Shown here piece by piece: positions 1-8,407 of a DNA stretch of 64,000 nt. The stretch covers positions 29,798-93,797 of IMG/VR virus record IMGVR_UViG_3300037628_000218. One strand, given 5' to 3'. The DNA is from a virus. A program made the position numbers and the translations under genes. Each line of letters begins with the position of its first letter. The stretch's first letter is position 1. The notes under the pieces are model-generated. The model saw only the letters and a program-made list of their open reading frames with translations, had not been told where the DNA came from and did not search any database.

Positions 1-41
1 GTTGGGTTTGACATTGTACCTCCTAAGGTTATTGTTAGGCT

Positions 42-332
42 TCAAATGTAGTACCCGTGGCGTATATAACCTCTATCTTCTTCATTAAACTGCATGAATA
101 TATCAAGGATAGCCCTCTCTACTGCCCATTGTGCCGCTTGCGTAATTGGTCTTTGTTTCGGTAGGCACTCTTCGTCTAACCATTTAATAGCACCGTCATT
201 AAGGTTGCAATCGTCAATTAGTATGTGTAAGTTGCCTCCAACAGCGGCACCATCAAACTCGTAAAGAGCCTCACAAAGTATGCGGAAGTGTTCTCTTGCG
301 GTTTCTATATCTAATTTCAGTATCTCAGTCAT
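42..332 (-). CDS. hypothetical phage protein
   Basis: 96-aa ORF in a tightly packed minus-strand operon. Confidence 0.6.
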   Translation of the reverse strand: MTEILKLDIETAREHFRILCEALYEFDGAAVGGNLHILIDDCNLNDGAIKWLDEECLPKQRPITQAAQWAVERAILDIFMQFNEEDRGYIRHGYYI

Positions 333-334
333 AC

Positions 335-643
335 TTACCCTCCAGTTTGTTTGTCGGTGCTATTCCGTAGAGACTCTATACCCTCAACACTTTTGGTAGT
401 TTTATAGAAGTGACCAGTGCTAGTGAGCACCTTACCTTCAATAAGACACTTGGAGTATGTTGTCTCCATGACTAACTTACCTTCAACTACTTCAAAACCC
501 ATTACAACACTTGTTGCAACTGGCCCACCTTCTGTAAGGGAATTCCTACCTTTCTCACCAGAATAAGCATCTACACTGGCAAGGGTAGCGTATGCTACTC
601 CATCTTGGCTAAGTAACACGTCTTTCAAAGTACCACGATACAT
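335..643 (-). CDS. hypothetical phage protein
   Basis: 102-aa ORF with GGAGG RBS. Confidence 0.65.
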   Translation of the reverse strand: MYRGTLKDVLLSQDGVAYATLASVDAYSGEKGRNSLTEGGPVATSVVMGFEVVEGKLVMETTYSKCLIEGKVLTSTGHFYKTTKSVEGIESLRNSTDKQTGG

Positions 644-654
644 ATAATAACCTC

Positions 655-1647
655 CTAAAAAATATATTCAATAAAGTAAGCACGAGTAATATCCTGAGCT
701 TCGCGAGTAAGGGCTTTACATATCTGAGGCCACTCTCCACCCGCAGCTTCCTTAGCATTATCTGCGAACTCCGAGTTGTACTCTGCTAGTGCATCTTTCA
801 TAAGAAGGCCCATTATACGCCCAAAGTCCTTGTTTGTCAGCTCTTCAACAACCTCCTTTGACAGGACATTAGCTAGTCGGTTAGCAGTCAAGTTAGAGTG
901 GACAGCAGCAAGAACCTCATTACCTTTCTCAGACAGGTCTACAGGCTTTGTAATAAGTTTGGAGATTTTACTCTCACTAAACTTACTGTTCTTATTCTTT
1001 ATAGCAACCCTGCTACCGTTACCGAAGTAAAGAACCTTTGAGTAAGGTACAATTACATTACCTTCTTTAACGTTAACCTCAGGGCTTTCATACCCTAATA
1101 ACTCAGGGACTAAGGAGTTTCCATTGTTAGGAACGGCTAAAGCATCATAGATATTATCCGCTAAACCTAAAAGAGGTACAACAGCTAAACCTGACCCCCG
1201 TATTATTTCTTCCATAACTTCAAAAGGTTGAGGTACATTGTCTAAGCGCAACTCAAAGGCCATGAACTCGTTGTTAGGGCTGTACTCTACCTCACCCGCT
1301 ACTCGTTTAGCGTTATCCCCCTGCTTACCGTTAAGGGAGCCACCAAAGATCTCACCGAAAATTCTAATTTCTTTTACGAATGGGTACATACGGATAATAT
1401 AATCTATAGCTTCACGAAACTCTTTGAACATTGAGGTATACCCATTAAAAGCTTCTGTATCCTTCAAGAATGCGTTACGGCGGCTAAACTCAAGAAGGTC
1501 TGTAGGTACATCATAGTGTATTCCGAAGTTAGCTCCATGTATCTTTTCAGTAATGGCGTACTTCACATTAGCGTACCCGTGCTCTTCAATTATAGCTATT
1601 AAGCGTTGTTTAACGTTCTCAAGACTGTGGTACTTTTTGAATTCCAT
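655..1647 (-). CDS. rnl2: RNA ligase 2 (T4 Rnl2 family)
   Basis: N-terminal FKKYHSLEN, motif I EKIHGANF, FGEIFGG, EGNVI, AIKNKNSKFSE, C-terminal RLANVLSK domain. Confidence 0.92.
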   Translation of the reverse strand: MEFKKYHSLENVKQRLIAIIEEHGYANVKYAITEKIHGANFGIHYDVPTDLLEFSRRNAFLKDTEAFNGYTSMFKEFREAIDYIIRMYPFVKEIRIFGEIFGGSLNGKQGDNAKRVAGEVEYSPNNEFMAFELRLDNVPQPFEVMEEIIRGSGLAVVPLLGLADNIYDALAVPNNGNSLVPELLGYESPEVNVKEGNVIVPYSKVLYFGNGSRVAIKNKNSKFSESKISKLITKPVDLSEKGNEVLAAVHSNLTANRLANVLSKEVVEELTNKDFGRIMGLLMKDALAEYNSEFADNAKEAAGGEWPQICKALTREAQDITRAYFIEYIF

Positions 1648-1667
1648 CTAGTTATTCCTCTTTTAGT

Positions 1668-2063
1668 TTATTGCAGGTTAGCCTTAGCAACCCTTGATGC
1701 CAGCTTACCATCGAACAAGCCCTTAGAGTACCTGTTAAGATACCCCATAAACTGACCAATACTGTTTGCATGTGACTCAACCCATATCACACAAAGCTCG
1801 TCCTCTGTCAGTTGTTTAGGTATGTACTCAGCAAGAATACCGATCTCAGTTTGAGTGTCCTCGCTGTATTTAATTGCTAGGAACTCCTGACAGTTACTTT
1901 GGAACTTCTTAACAAGTGCAAGCATATCAAACTTCTTTGCCTGCCTCCCTTTAAGTGCAGTCTCAGCTTCACCTACTAGCGTTGTCAGTAGGGTAGTGCG
2001 TAGCTTATCTGTGCCTTTCCGAGCTATTGTACGGTCTTGCTTAATTCTTGCTAGTAGTTCCAT
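1668..2063 (-). CDS. GatB/YqeY domain protein
   Basis: IKQDRTIARK...LLTTLVGE...EIGILAEYIPKQLTEDEL...IGQFMGYL...DGKLAS matches the YqeY pattern. Confidence 0.85.
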   Translation of the reverse strand: MELLARIKQDRTIARKGTDKLRTTLLTTLVGEAETALKGRQAKKFDMLALVKKFQSNCQEFLAIKYSEDTQTEIGILAEYIPKQLTEDELCVIWVESHANSIGQFMGYLNRYSKGLFDGKLASRVAKANLQ

Positions 2064-2082
2064 AGTTCCTCCTAAGTTAAAT

Positions 2083-2156
2083 TGGAGCAGGAGGGGGAAT
2101 TTAACCCTTCCGATTACCTTCGCAGACAGAGGTTAACGGTGTCTGTAGGATCCTGC
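2083..2156 (-). ncRNA. tRNA-like RNA (acceptor stem plus CCA end, non-cloverleaf body) or degenerate tRNA
   Basis: GCAGGA/TCCTGC stem followed by T-CCA; T-arm-like GGG-TTAAATT-CCC; central 6-bp hairpin CAGACA/TGTCTG; 6 nt downstream of tRNA-Arg. Confidence 0.5.
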
Positions 2157-2162
2157 ATAAAT

Positions 2163-2240
2163 TGGCACCCTCTGCTGGACTCGAACCAGCGACAATTGTG
2201 TTAGAAGCACAAATTCTCTAAAAGACTGAGCTAAGAGGGT
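2163..2240 (-). tRNA. tRNA-Arg(TCT)
   Basis: ACCCTCT/AGAGGGT acceptor, TTGTG-CTTCTAA-CACAA anticodon arm, GGTTCGAGTCC T-arm, encoded CCA. Confidence 0.93.
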
Positions 2241-2265
2241 TTAAAAGTGTTCATAGTAGGTTCTG

Positions 2266-2622
2266 CTAAAAAGGGAGGTCTTCCGCTAACACTGTCTGTT
2301 CTTCCTGTTCAACTCCCGTTAAGGTTACTCCTAACTTCTCTAGCTTAAGATTAACATTGTCCAACTGGTCTTGAAGGAGAATTTTAGTAGCAGCTATTAC
2401 TTGACCCACTATGTAACACTCTTCAAGATATATAGTATTACAGCTGTCACCATCAGGGGTTAGCATTACCCTTCTACTTTTGTTAAGGTCTAAGCGTTGC
2501 TCTGTTAAATTTCTTCCTGGCTTCGACCGCGCTAGGGTATAATTACAGTTACTTATACTCTTCTCTATTTTATTTCTTAAGTTAAGTAGAAAAGTCACAT
2601 CCTCAAAATCTGATTCTAACAT
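2266..2622 (-). CDS. hypothetical protein with acidic C-terminal EDLPF tail
   Basis: 118-aa ORF with AGGAG RBS. Confidence 0.6.
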   Translation of the reverse strand: MLESDFEDVTFLLNLRNKIEKSISNCNYTLARSKPGRNLTEQRLDLNKSRRVMLTPDGDSCNTIYLEECYIVGQVIAATKILLQDQLDNVNLKLEKLGVTLTGVEQEEQTVLAEDLPF

Positions 2623-2642
2623 AATTGTATCTCCTGTATTGT

Positions 2643-3608
2643 TTAAGCTGCTTTTGGTACGTGAACTCGCGCTTTGCCTGTACCATGTGTTTTCTTGATT
2701 AGATCTGGATGGTTCTTAGCCCAGTCCTGAACATACCAAAGTTGACCACAACCACCGCCTATATCATCTTGGCCTGCTGGATCAAACATACGTACACTAT
2801 ACCCTGCTTCTAGCATCTTGTCCATAAAATCTTCAACTAACTTACGTTGACGTTGGTTAGCAGCTGATACCCCTTCATCAGCTTCACATATTACTGACAA
2901 AGTACACTCCCAAATTCCTGCTGGGAAGTGTTCACGGAGGGCGGTAACATCCTCCATAGTGTTATTCTTATCATGCACACAGTAATTGAAGAAAGGTCTA
3001 CGTCCTGTGCTACCAGCCCAGTAAGAACCCCACTGAGAAATCTCAGATAGACTTAGCTTTGCTGTCATAGGGATTAACTTATCTCTAGCTTCTTGTACTG
3101 CTTCGTGGATTGAAAACTGTAAGCCTACTTGACTTATCTCTTGGCTTAACTCACACAATTCCAACCAGTTATGATGGGTAGAGTTAGGGGCCATAGTAGA
3201 GATCAGGAGGTCAGCAGTAGGGTACTCCACATTGAGTCTCCTTATAGCTGTTTTTAGCTCCTTCCAGTTCAGCATAGGCTCACCCATAGACATGAACATT
3301 ATTTGTAGTTTATCTATATCCTTAGCGCAGATTGATTCTTCAGATTCTGCAAGTAAGATACAAGCCTTCACCTGACTGAAGATCTCGTCAGCGGTTAAGT
3401 TCCTGATAAAGAAGTTACCAGTACCGCAGAAGCGACAACCAACAGGACACCCAGATTGAGTTGAGCAACAGACTACTGTTCGATCCATGTAAGTAGGGTA
3501 CTTGTAAAGCACTGCTTCAGCTACCGCACCATTGCTTCCCTCTTGTGTGAAAACAATCTTCTTAACATTCTGATCTGAACTATGAACTACCTCTTGCTTA
3601 TCCCACAT
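2643..3608 (-). CDS. RlmN/Cfr-like class A radical SAM methyltransferase
   Basis: VVCCSTQSGCPVGCRFC (CX3CX2C plus upstream Cys), MSMGEP, FSIH, C-terminal DDIGGGCGQL. Confidence 0.88.
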   Translation of the reverse strand: MWDKQEVVHSSDQNVKKIVFTQEGSNGAVAEAVLYKYPTYMDRTVVCCSTQSGCPVGCRFCGTGNFFIRNLTADEIFSQVKACILLAESEESICAKDIDKLQIMFMSMGEPMLNWKELKTAIRRLNVEYPTADLLISTMAPNSTHHNWLELCELSQEISQVGLQFSIHEAVQEARDKLIPMTAKLSLSEISQWGSYWAGSTGRRPFFNYCVHDKNNTMEDVTALREHFPAGIWECTLSVICEADEGVSAANQRQRKLVEDFMDKMLEAGYSVRMFDPAGQDDIGGGCGQLWYVQDWAKNHPDLIKKTHGTGKARVHVPKAA

Positions 3609-3677
3609 ACTAGGTCTCCTGTATTGTTTAAGTTTTCGTTTACCTTCTCGGCTCTAAGGCAGATTACCAGTCAATGC

Positions 3678-3720
3678 TTAAGTTGAGAGTACCTTACTTA
3701 ATTTCAGATACTCTGTCAAC
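3678..3720 (-). promoter_or_regulatory. sigma70 promoter cassette, copy 1 of a 43-bp direct repeat
   Basis: TTGACA-17-TAAGGT; 41/43 identical to 4365-4407. Confidence 0.7.
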
Positions 3721-3739
3721 TACTTTTACCTAATTAACT

Positions 3740-4345
3740 TTAAATGTCCCAGCCTGTAGCTTCACGTACCATCTCAGTTAGCATCTCGTTTGCTGCTGAC
3801 CTTGCTGACCTTGCTGCTGCCTCTGCTGCCTCTGCTGACCTTGCTGCTGACCTTGCTGCTGACCTTGCTGCTGACCATGCTGCTGACCTTGCTGCTGACC
3901 TTGCTGCTGACCCTGCTGACCTTGCTGCTGACCTTGCTGCTGACCATGCTGCTGACCTTGCTGACTCCTCCCCTGTTTTTAGCCAAGTTAAGATTAACTC
4001 AAAATCTGCATCTGGGCAGTATGGTCTGATCTTTTCGATGTGAATCAAAGCCTGGCTCCTAGCAAATTGGTGTAGTATCTTATCTGCGTCTACCCAATCT
4101 ATATATTTCCTAGTAGAAGCTGCTATTTTATCAGTACCTACCACTATCTCCCCGCCAAGTTCAACCAAGTATAATATTGATCCTGGTGCGTGGTTAACTG
4201 CATCTAAGAGGTTGATAGATGCGTGTAGGCCATTTTTACATAGTTTGATCTTGCCAAGCACCTTATGGGTTGTACCCTTCCGTATTTTACGACCATCTCC
4301 GTGCCTTAATCGTCTCTCTTCCTTTGCAAAGTAAAAAGCTTGCAT
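3740..4345 (-). CDS. phage protein with N-terminal CKNGLHAS domain and C-terminal Ala-rich AARS repeats
   Basis: 201-aa ORF with RBS and its own promoter. Confidence 0.75.
   Translation of the reverse strand: MQAFYFAKEERRLRHGDGRKIRKGTTHKVLGKIKLCKNGLHASINLLDAVNHAPGSILYLVELGGEIVVGTDKIAASTRKYIDWVDADKILHQFARSQALIHIEKIRPYCPDADFELILTWLKTGEESARSAAWSAARSAARSAGSAARSAARSAAWSAARSAARSAARSAEAAEAAARSARSAANEMLTEMVREATGWDI
3791..3965. repeat. 12-nt coding tandem repeat (GCTGCTGACCTT)n encoding (AARS)n
   Basis: directly visible, with 9-nt variant units. Confidence 0.95.
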
Positions 4346-4364
4346 ACTCTGTTCTCCCCCTCAG

Positions 4365-4407
4365 TTAAGTTGAGAGTATCCTACTTAATTTCAGATACTC
4401 TGTCAAC
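4365..4407 (-). promoter_or_regulatory. sigma70 promoter cassette, copy 2
   Basis: TTGACA-17-TAGGAT. Confidence 0.7.
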
Positions 4408-4411
4408 AACT

Positions 4412-6949
4412 TTAGCTACAAGACTTCTGCCCTGTTTCTAAATCAACGTAGCAAGCTTTAGCTCCTTCGTCAGCTTCATCCTCTTCCTCCTCCTTCACTT
4501 CATTAAGGATTCCGAACCTCTTACCACCACTATTAAATGTGGTTGCTCCTTTACAACCAAGCTTATAGGCATCAATATAGATACTTTTAAACTCCTCCCA
4601 AGGCATTTCTGGGGAGACATTGATAGTTTTAGAGACAGCAGAATCAACATAGCGGGTGGACAATGCTAGAACATCTAGGTGCTCCTTAGCAGTACACTCA
4701 TTAGCAGTCTTACCCTTAACTCCCCAAGTCCCATAGGCGTAGTCAGTTACCCTCTCAACACGTTCTCCTTCATAGGTCTTGATAGTCCTATCATAGTAAT
4801 GGCTGAACACTGGCTCAATACCACCACTGATATTATCAGCTGTGAGGCTAATAGTTCCTGTAGGGGCCATGCTAAGCAAGTGGCTATTACGTATTCCCTG
4901 TGTACGTATCTTATCCTGCAACCACTGGGGGAGGGTTTTAATAAACTTACTCTCACAGTACTTGTCAACATCAAAAGCTGGGAAAGAACCCTTCTCAAGT
5001 GCTAAGTCGCAAGAGGCACTATAGGTCTCATTAGTATAAACCTGTAGGACTCCCTCATACCATTCAAGGAACTCAGGAGACCCGTAGGTGAACCCTAAAG
5101 CCTCCCCTGCATTAGCCACCCCTGTTAAGCCTAAACCCATTCTACGCTTTGTCCTACTCTCCTCTGCTTGGATCTCAAGGGGGAAGGTTGCAATATCATG
5201 AATGTTATCCATAGCCCTCACAATGTGTGGGATGTCAGCCTTGAACTGCTCCATTCCGAAGAAGAAGTTTCCATCTAAGTCAGTAAAGATATACTTAACT
5301 AGGTTCCAGCTACCTAAGAGACAGGCACCTCCTGGGGGTAAAGGCATCTCCCCGCAGTTATGAACAACCATAGAGTCTGCTATGAAGTTATGAGTTCCCT
5401 CTACAGTTAAATCATAAACATCGGTAACCTCCCCTTGCTCTATAGATACAATCTCATTTCCAGAGAGTGTCCCACCTGAAGCACTTGCTACTCTAATATT
5501 TTCCAGTTGGAGATCTCTACTACTCTCCGAAGTGAGGCTGTCAGGGTAAGCTAAACTACTACACAACTGCACCACCTTGTCACCTCCTACAAGATTCTTA
5601 GCCTCAACCCACCCTTTATCATGAACCATAACTTCATGGTTACCCGTTACACGGATAGTCTTACCATTTTGTGTAGTAACATTAATGGTTTGCGTGTCTT
5701 GCTTGCTAATCCATGAAGCAGTGGCGTTCCTTACTCCTAAAGACCCATCAGCTAACATAGTGTAAACTTGTGTTGGCTCTTTAATATCCTTGATTTTAAC
5801 TCTTCCATTTATAGTTTCTATTAAGGAGTCAGGATGCAAGCATGGATTTGTCGCCCTGATCTCCTCACAGTAGTACAAGTTGTTTAACTCGTTTATACGA
5901 TCAATGAATAGAACTCCCATATATGTTAAAGTAAGTACGCTACTCCTTACCCCAGCTAACCTCGATCAAAGTTAACTGCTGCATGTCTCCATACAGATCA
6001 GACTATATCAAGAACTCAAAGAGTTCCCACCTATTTCCACCCGCTTGGGTGTACTCCGTTGTCGGATAGTCGTTGCACGTTCAATTAAATACCTGTCGTA
6101 TAGTGTACTTAATAGCTTCGCTCAGGATTGCCCTCACCCTAGATGTTAGGGGTTCCCCTGAATTAAAGTGGTTTCGACATAAGATCACTCTTATGAAGCC
6201 CAGTATTATTTAGGTTCTGCCCAATCCCACGTTGAGCGCATTATCTCTTCCCACAAGTTCTTAACGCTAACCTGCTTATACACTCTTCCTTGGAAAGTTA
6301 GATTAAAAACCTCGTCAATACCTGAATCAGTAACACGAATAACCTTCTCCATGAACTCGTCAGTGATTGCTATGGAAAGGTTGAAAGCTTTCAAGTTGGT
6401 ATCATTTTGTTTAGCGTGAATAAACTCTTCAATATCTGGGTGGTCGATACGCAGTACTCCGATTTGCGCCCCTCGGCGATGCCCAGCACTAGCTATGGTA
6501 TTACAGATAGCATCAAAGATGTTCATAAAGCTAAGAGGCCCACTAGACTTGGAATCTAACGATACAATACGATCATCCCTTGGTCTAAGTGAAGAAAAAT
6601 CATACCCTATTCCTCCTCCAACCCGCATAGTTTGTGCTGAGTCCTTCGCCCTGTCCATAATGGAATCCATCGAGTCTTCTATGTTTTTACTAACGAAGCA
6701 ATTAAAAGGGGTTATCTGGCGTGGTGTTCCAATAGCCGCTTGAGTTCTTCCACCTCCCATAAACGCTTGGATTAGTAAAATGGCTCTAACCTTGTAGTAG
6801 TGTTCCTCGTTATCTTTTAATGCACTTGCGAACCTAGACACCCCCTCCTTGAAGGACTCCCCATTCATTCGGTATTTCATTGCATGTATTTCTTTACTAA
6901 TGGCTAATTTTGGGCCATACTCTTCAATCTTATCAATCGTATCAGACAC
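4412..6949 (-). CDS. nrdJ: class II (adenosylcobalamin-type) ribonucleotide reductase; exons 6949-6212 and 5917-4412; contains an intein; mature protein about 585 aa
   Basis: NCFV, GGGIG, RRGAQ, WAEP|GVLFID restored by splicing, TNP[intein]CGE, ACLLGS, APTGTIS, C-terminal Cys pair; no nrdB in the window. Confidence 0.88.
5357..5842 (-). mobile_element. mini-intein (162 aa, no endonuclease) at the NP/CGE active-site motif of RNR
   Basis: starts CLHPDS, block B VTGNH, block F DVYDLTV, ends VVHN followed by Cys. Confidence 0.93.
5918..6211 (-). mobile_element. ORF-less group I intron (294 nt) in nrdJ
   Basis: exon ends in U (GAACCT) pairing with GGGCTTC (P1); P AATTCAGGGGAA, Q AATCCTGAGC, R GCAACGACTA, S GATATAGTC; terminal G; splicing restores AEPGVLF. 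Confidence 0.93.
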
Positions 6950-7190
6950 TCTTCACTCCTACTTTTTTAAGTTTTCCTATTAAATCATCAGACACACCTA
7001 CAAACCGAGTAACCTCAGTATCGCCGTCATAAACTATTGTGGTGGGTATGCCTCTGATACCTTCTGCTGCTGCCTTATTCGGCTCTCCTTCTATACTTAT
7101 TGCTGTATACTCAATCCCAGCACGAGAAAGAGAGCCTTTTACCATTCGAGAGGGGCCACACCAATCAGCCCCGAATACTACTAATCTCAT
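6942..7190 (-). CDS. thioredoxin/glutaredoxin-like protein (WCGPS, CXXS)
   Basis: FGADWCGPS and GIRGIPT cis-Pro motif; overlaps the nrdJ start. Confidence 0.85.
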   Translation of the reverse strand: MRLVVFGADWCGPSRMVKGSLSRAGIEYTAISIEGEPNKAAAEGIRGIPTTIVYDGDTEVTRFVGVSDDLIGKLKKVGVKSV

Positions 7191-7241
7191 AAATTCTCCT
7201 AGTTGTGTTTAAAGGATGCTAGCTACAAGAGTGTAGCTAAC

Positions 7242-7544
7242 TCAGAACATGAGTCTGTCTAGTAAGTTATCACTAATTTCAAACTCAGGTTGGTGTGGGT
7301 AGGCTGTATACCTCCCATTGCGCCCGACCTGGTATATACTATCTTCTACTTTAAAACAAAAGGGTGGTAGTTCCCCTTCTTTAACACCAACACGTAGTCT
7401 TAGAACTTGAAGCTCTGTAGCAACAAAAGTAGTAAGCTCTTTGTCTTCAAGTGCCAAAATCCTCTGATACCAAGCTTCTATGTTTTTATCGCAGCACGCT
7501 AGTACATCCTGCTGTAACCAAGTAACTGTAAGTTTCTCTAGCAT
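7242..7544 (-). CDS. hypothetical protein
   Basis: 100-aa ORF with GGAGGAG RBS. Confidence 0.6.
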   Translation of the reverse strand: MLEKLTVTWLQQDVLACCDKNIEAWYQRILALEDKELTTFVATELQVLRLRVGVKEGELPPFCFKVEDSIYQVGRNGRYTAYPHQPEFEISDNLLDRLMF

Positions 7545-7557
7545 TCGTTCTCCTCCT

Positions 7558-7977
7558 CTACATTAGTTCAGTAACCCTTATCCCAGCCCTTCTCAGTTCG
7601 TCTAACCCTGAGTCACAGCGGTAACGATGCTTAATATACACTTCTTTAATCTGAGCACCAATCAGAAGCATAGCACAAGAATGGCAAGGGCTATAAGTTA
7701 TAAATACTGTTGCACCTTTTGTGCTGACCCCTTCTGCCATCATCTTACTTAATGCCGCTGCCTCAGCATGTCTAACCTGGGGCTTGGTTACTAGCTCCCC
7801 CTTAACAGTATCTTCACAGCAGTTATCTTCATAGCCAATATAAGTACCGTTAAGCCCTATAGCGCACATACCAGACTCTGTGACAATGCAGCAACCCACT
7901 TTAAGCCTTTCAGCTACAGAGGTCTTAGCAGCTGCCTCAGCCATCTCCATGTACATTTGTAAGTATTTTACTTTCAC
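7558..7977 (-). CDS. dCMP deaminase (ComEB-like)
   Basis: KVGCCIV, HAE and SPCHSC zinc motifs. Confidence 0.9.
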   Translation of the reverse strand: MKVKYLQMYMEMAEAAAKTSVAERLKVGCCIVTESGMCAIGLNGTYIGYEDNCCEDTVKGELVTKPQVRHAEAAALSKMMAEGVSTKGATVFITYSPCHSCAMLLIGAQIKEVYIKHRYRCDSGLDELRRAGIRVTELM

Positions 7978-7978
7978 A

Positions 7979-8257
7979 CTACCTCACCCATGATAAACCC
8001 CTTTTTAATCTCAGTAGGTGGTAGTTAGTTTCATCAAAGGTATGAGCTTCTTTAATGCCTGCTGTTAAGAGTACACAGGTATACTTCTTCTGTGTCAACC
8101 CGTAGAGAACTAAGCATACTGCCATTGGGAAGAACATGAGAGTCCAAAAGATAAGCCAGCCGTAGTGTGGTATATTAAAAGACGAGTTAAGGAGCATAAC
8201 TTCTTTTATATCGTCAAGGTAGAGTTCAACACCATCTTTAGTTTTTACTATAGTCAT
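7979..8257 (-). CDS. small membrane protein
   Basis: hydrophobic segment WLIFWTLMFFPMAVCLVLYGL. Confidence 0.6.
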   Translation of the reverse strand: MTIVKTKDGVELYLDDIKEVMLLNSSFNIPHYGWLIFWTLMFFPMAVCLVLYGLTQKKYTCVLLTAGIKEAHTFDETNYHLLRLKRGLSWVR

Positions 8258-8407
8258 AATTAAGTTTACTCCTTCAAGAGTTTTATTAGTATTTAAGCTC
8301 TGGAATACCTCCGAGCAATAGCAAGATAGCTACTATAACCTCGGAGGTGTTTCTTTGTCAACAGATATATGTACTTTATTAGCTAGAACGTATACCTATA
8401 TGTGTAC

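Noticed and set aside
3744-4043. Alternative-frame ORFs with LAAD, LLLT and VSSK repeats (3744, 3774, 3790)
   Set aside because: By-products of the stop-free 12-nt repeat; only 3740-4345 has an RBS, a promoter and a non-repetitive domain.
4412-6949. Reading nrdJ (and terL) as two separate genes or as pseudogenes
   Set aside because: Complete group I intron cores with correct splice junctions restore the conserved motifs in frame.
8308-8348. Inverted repeat ACCTCCGAG/CTCGGAGGT as a terminator
   Set aside because: Long loop, no T tract on the coding strand, and it overlaps a TTGACA-18-TATAGT promoter; possibly an operator, but unsupported.
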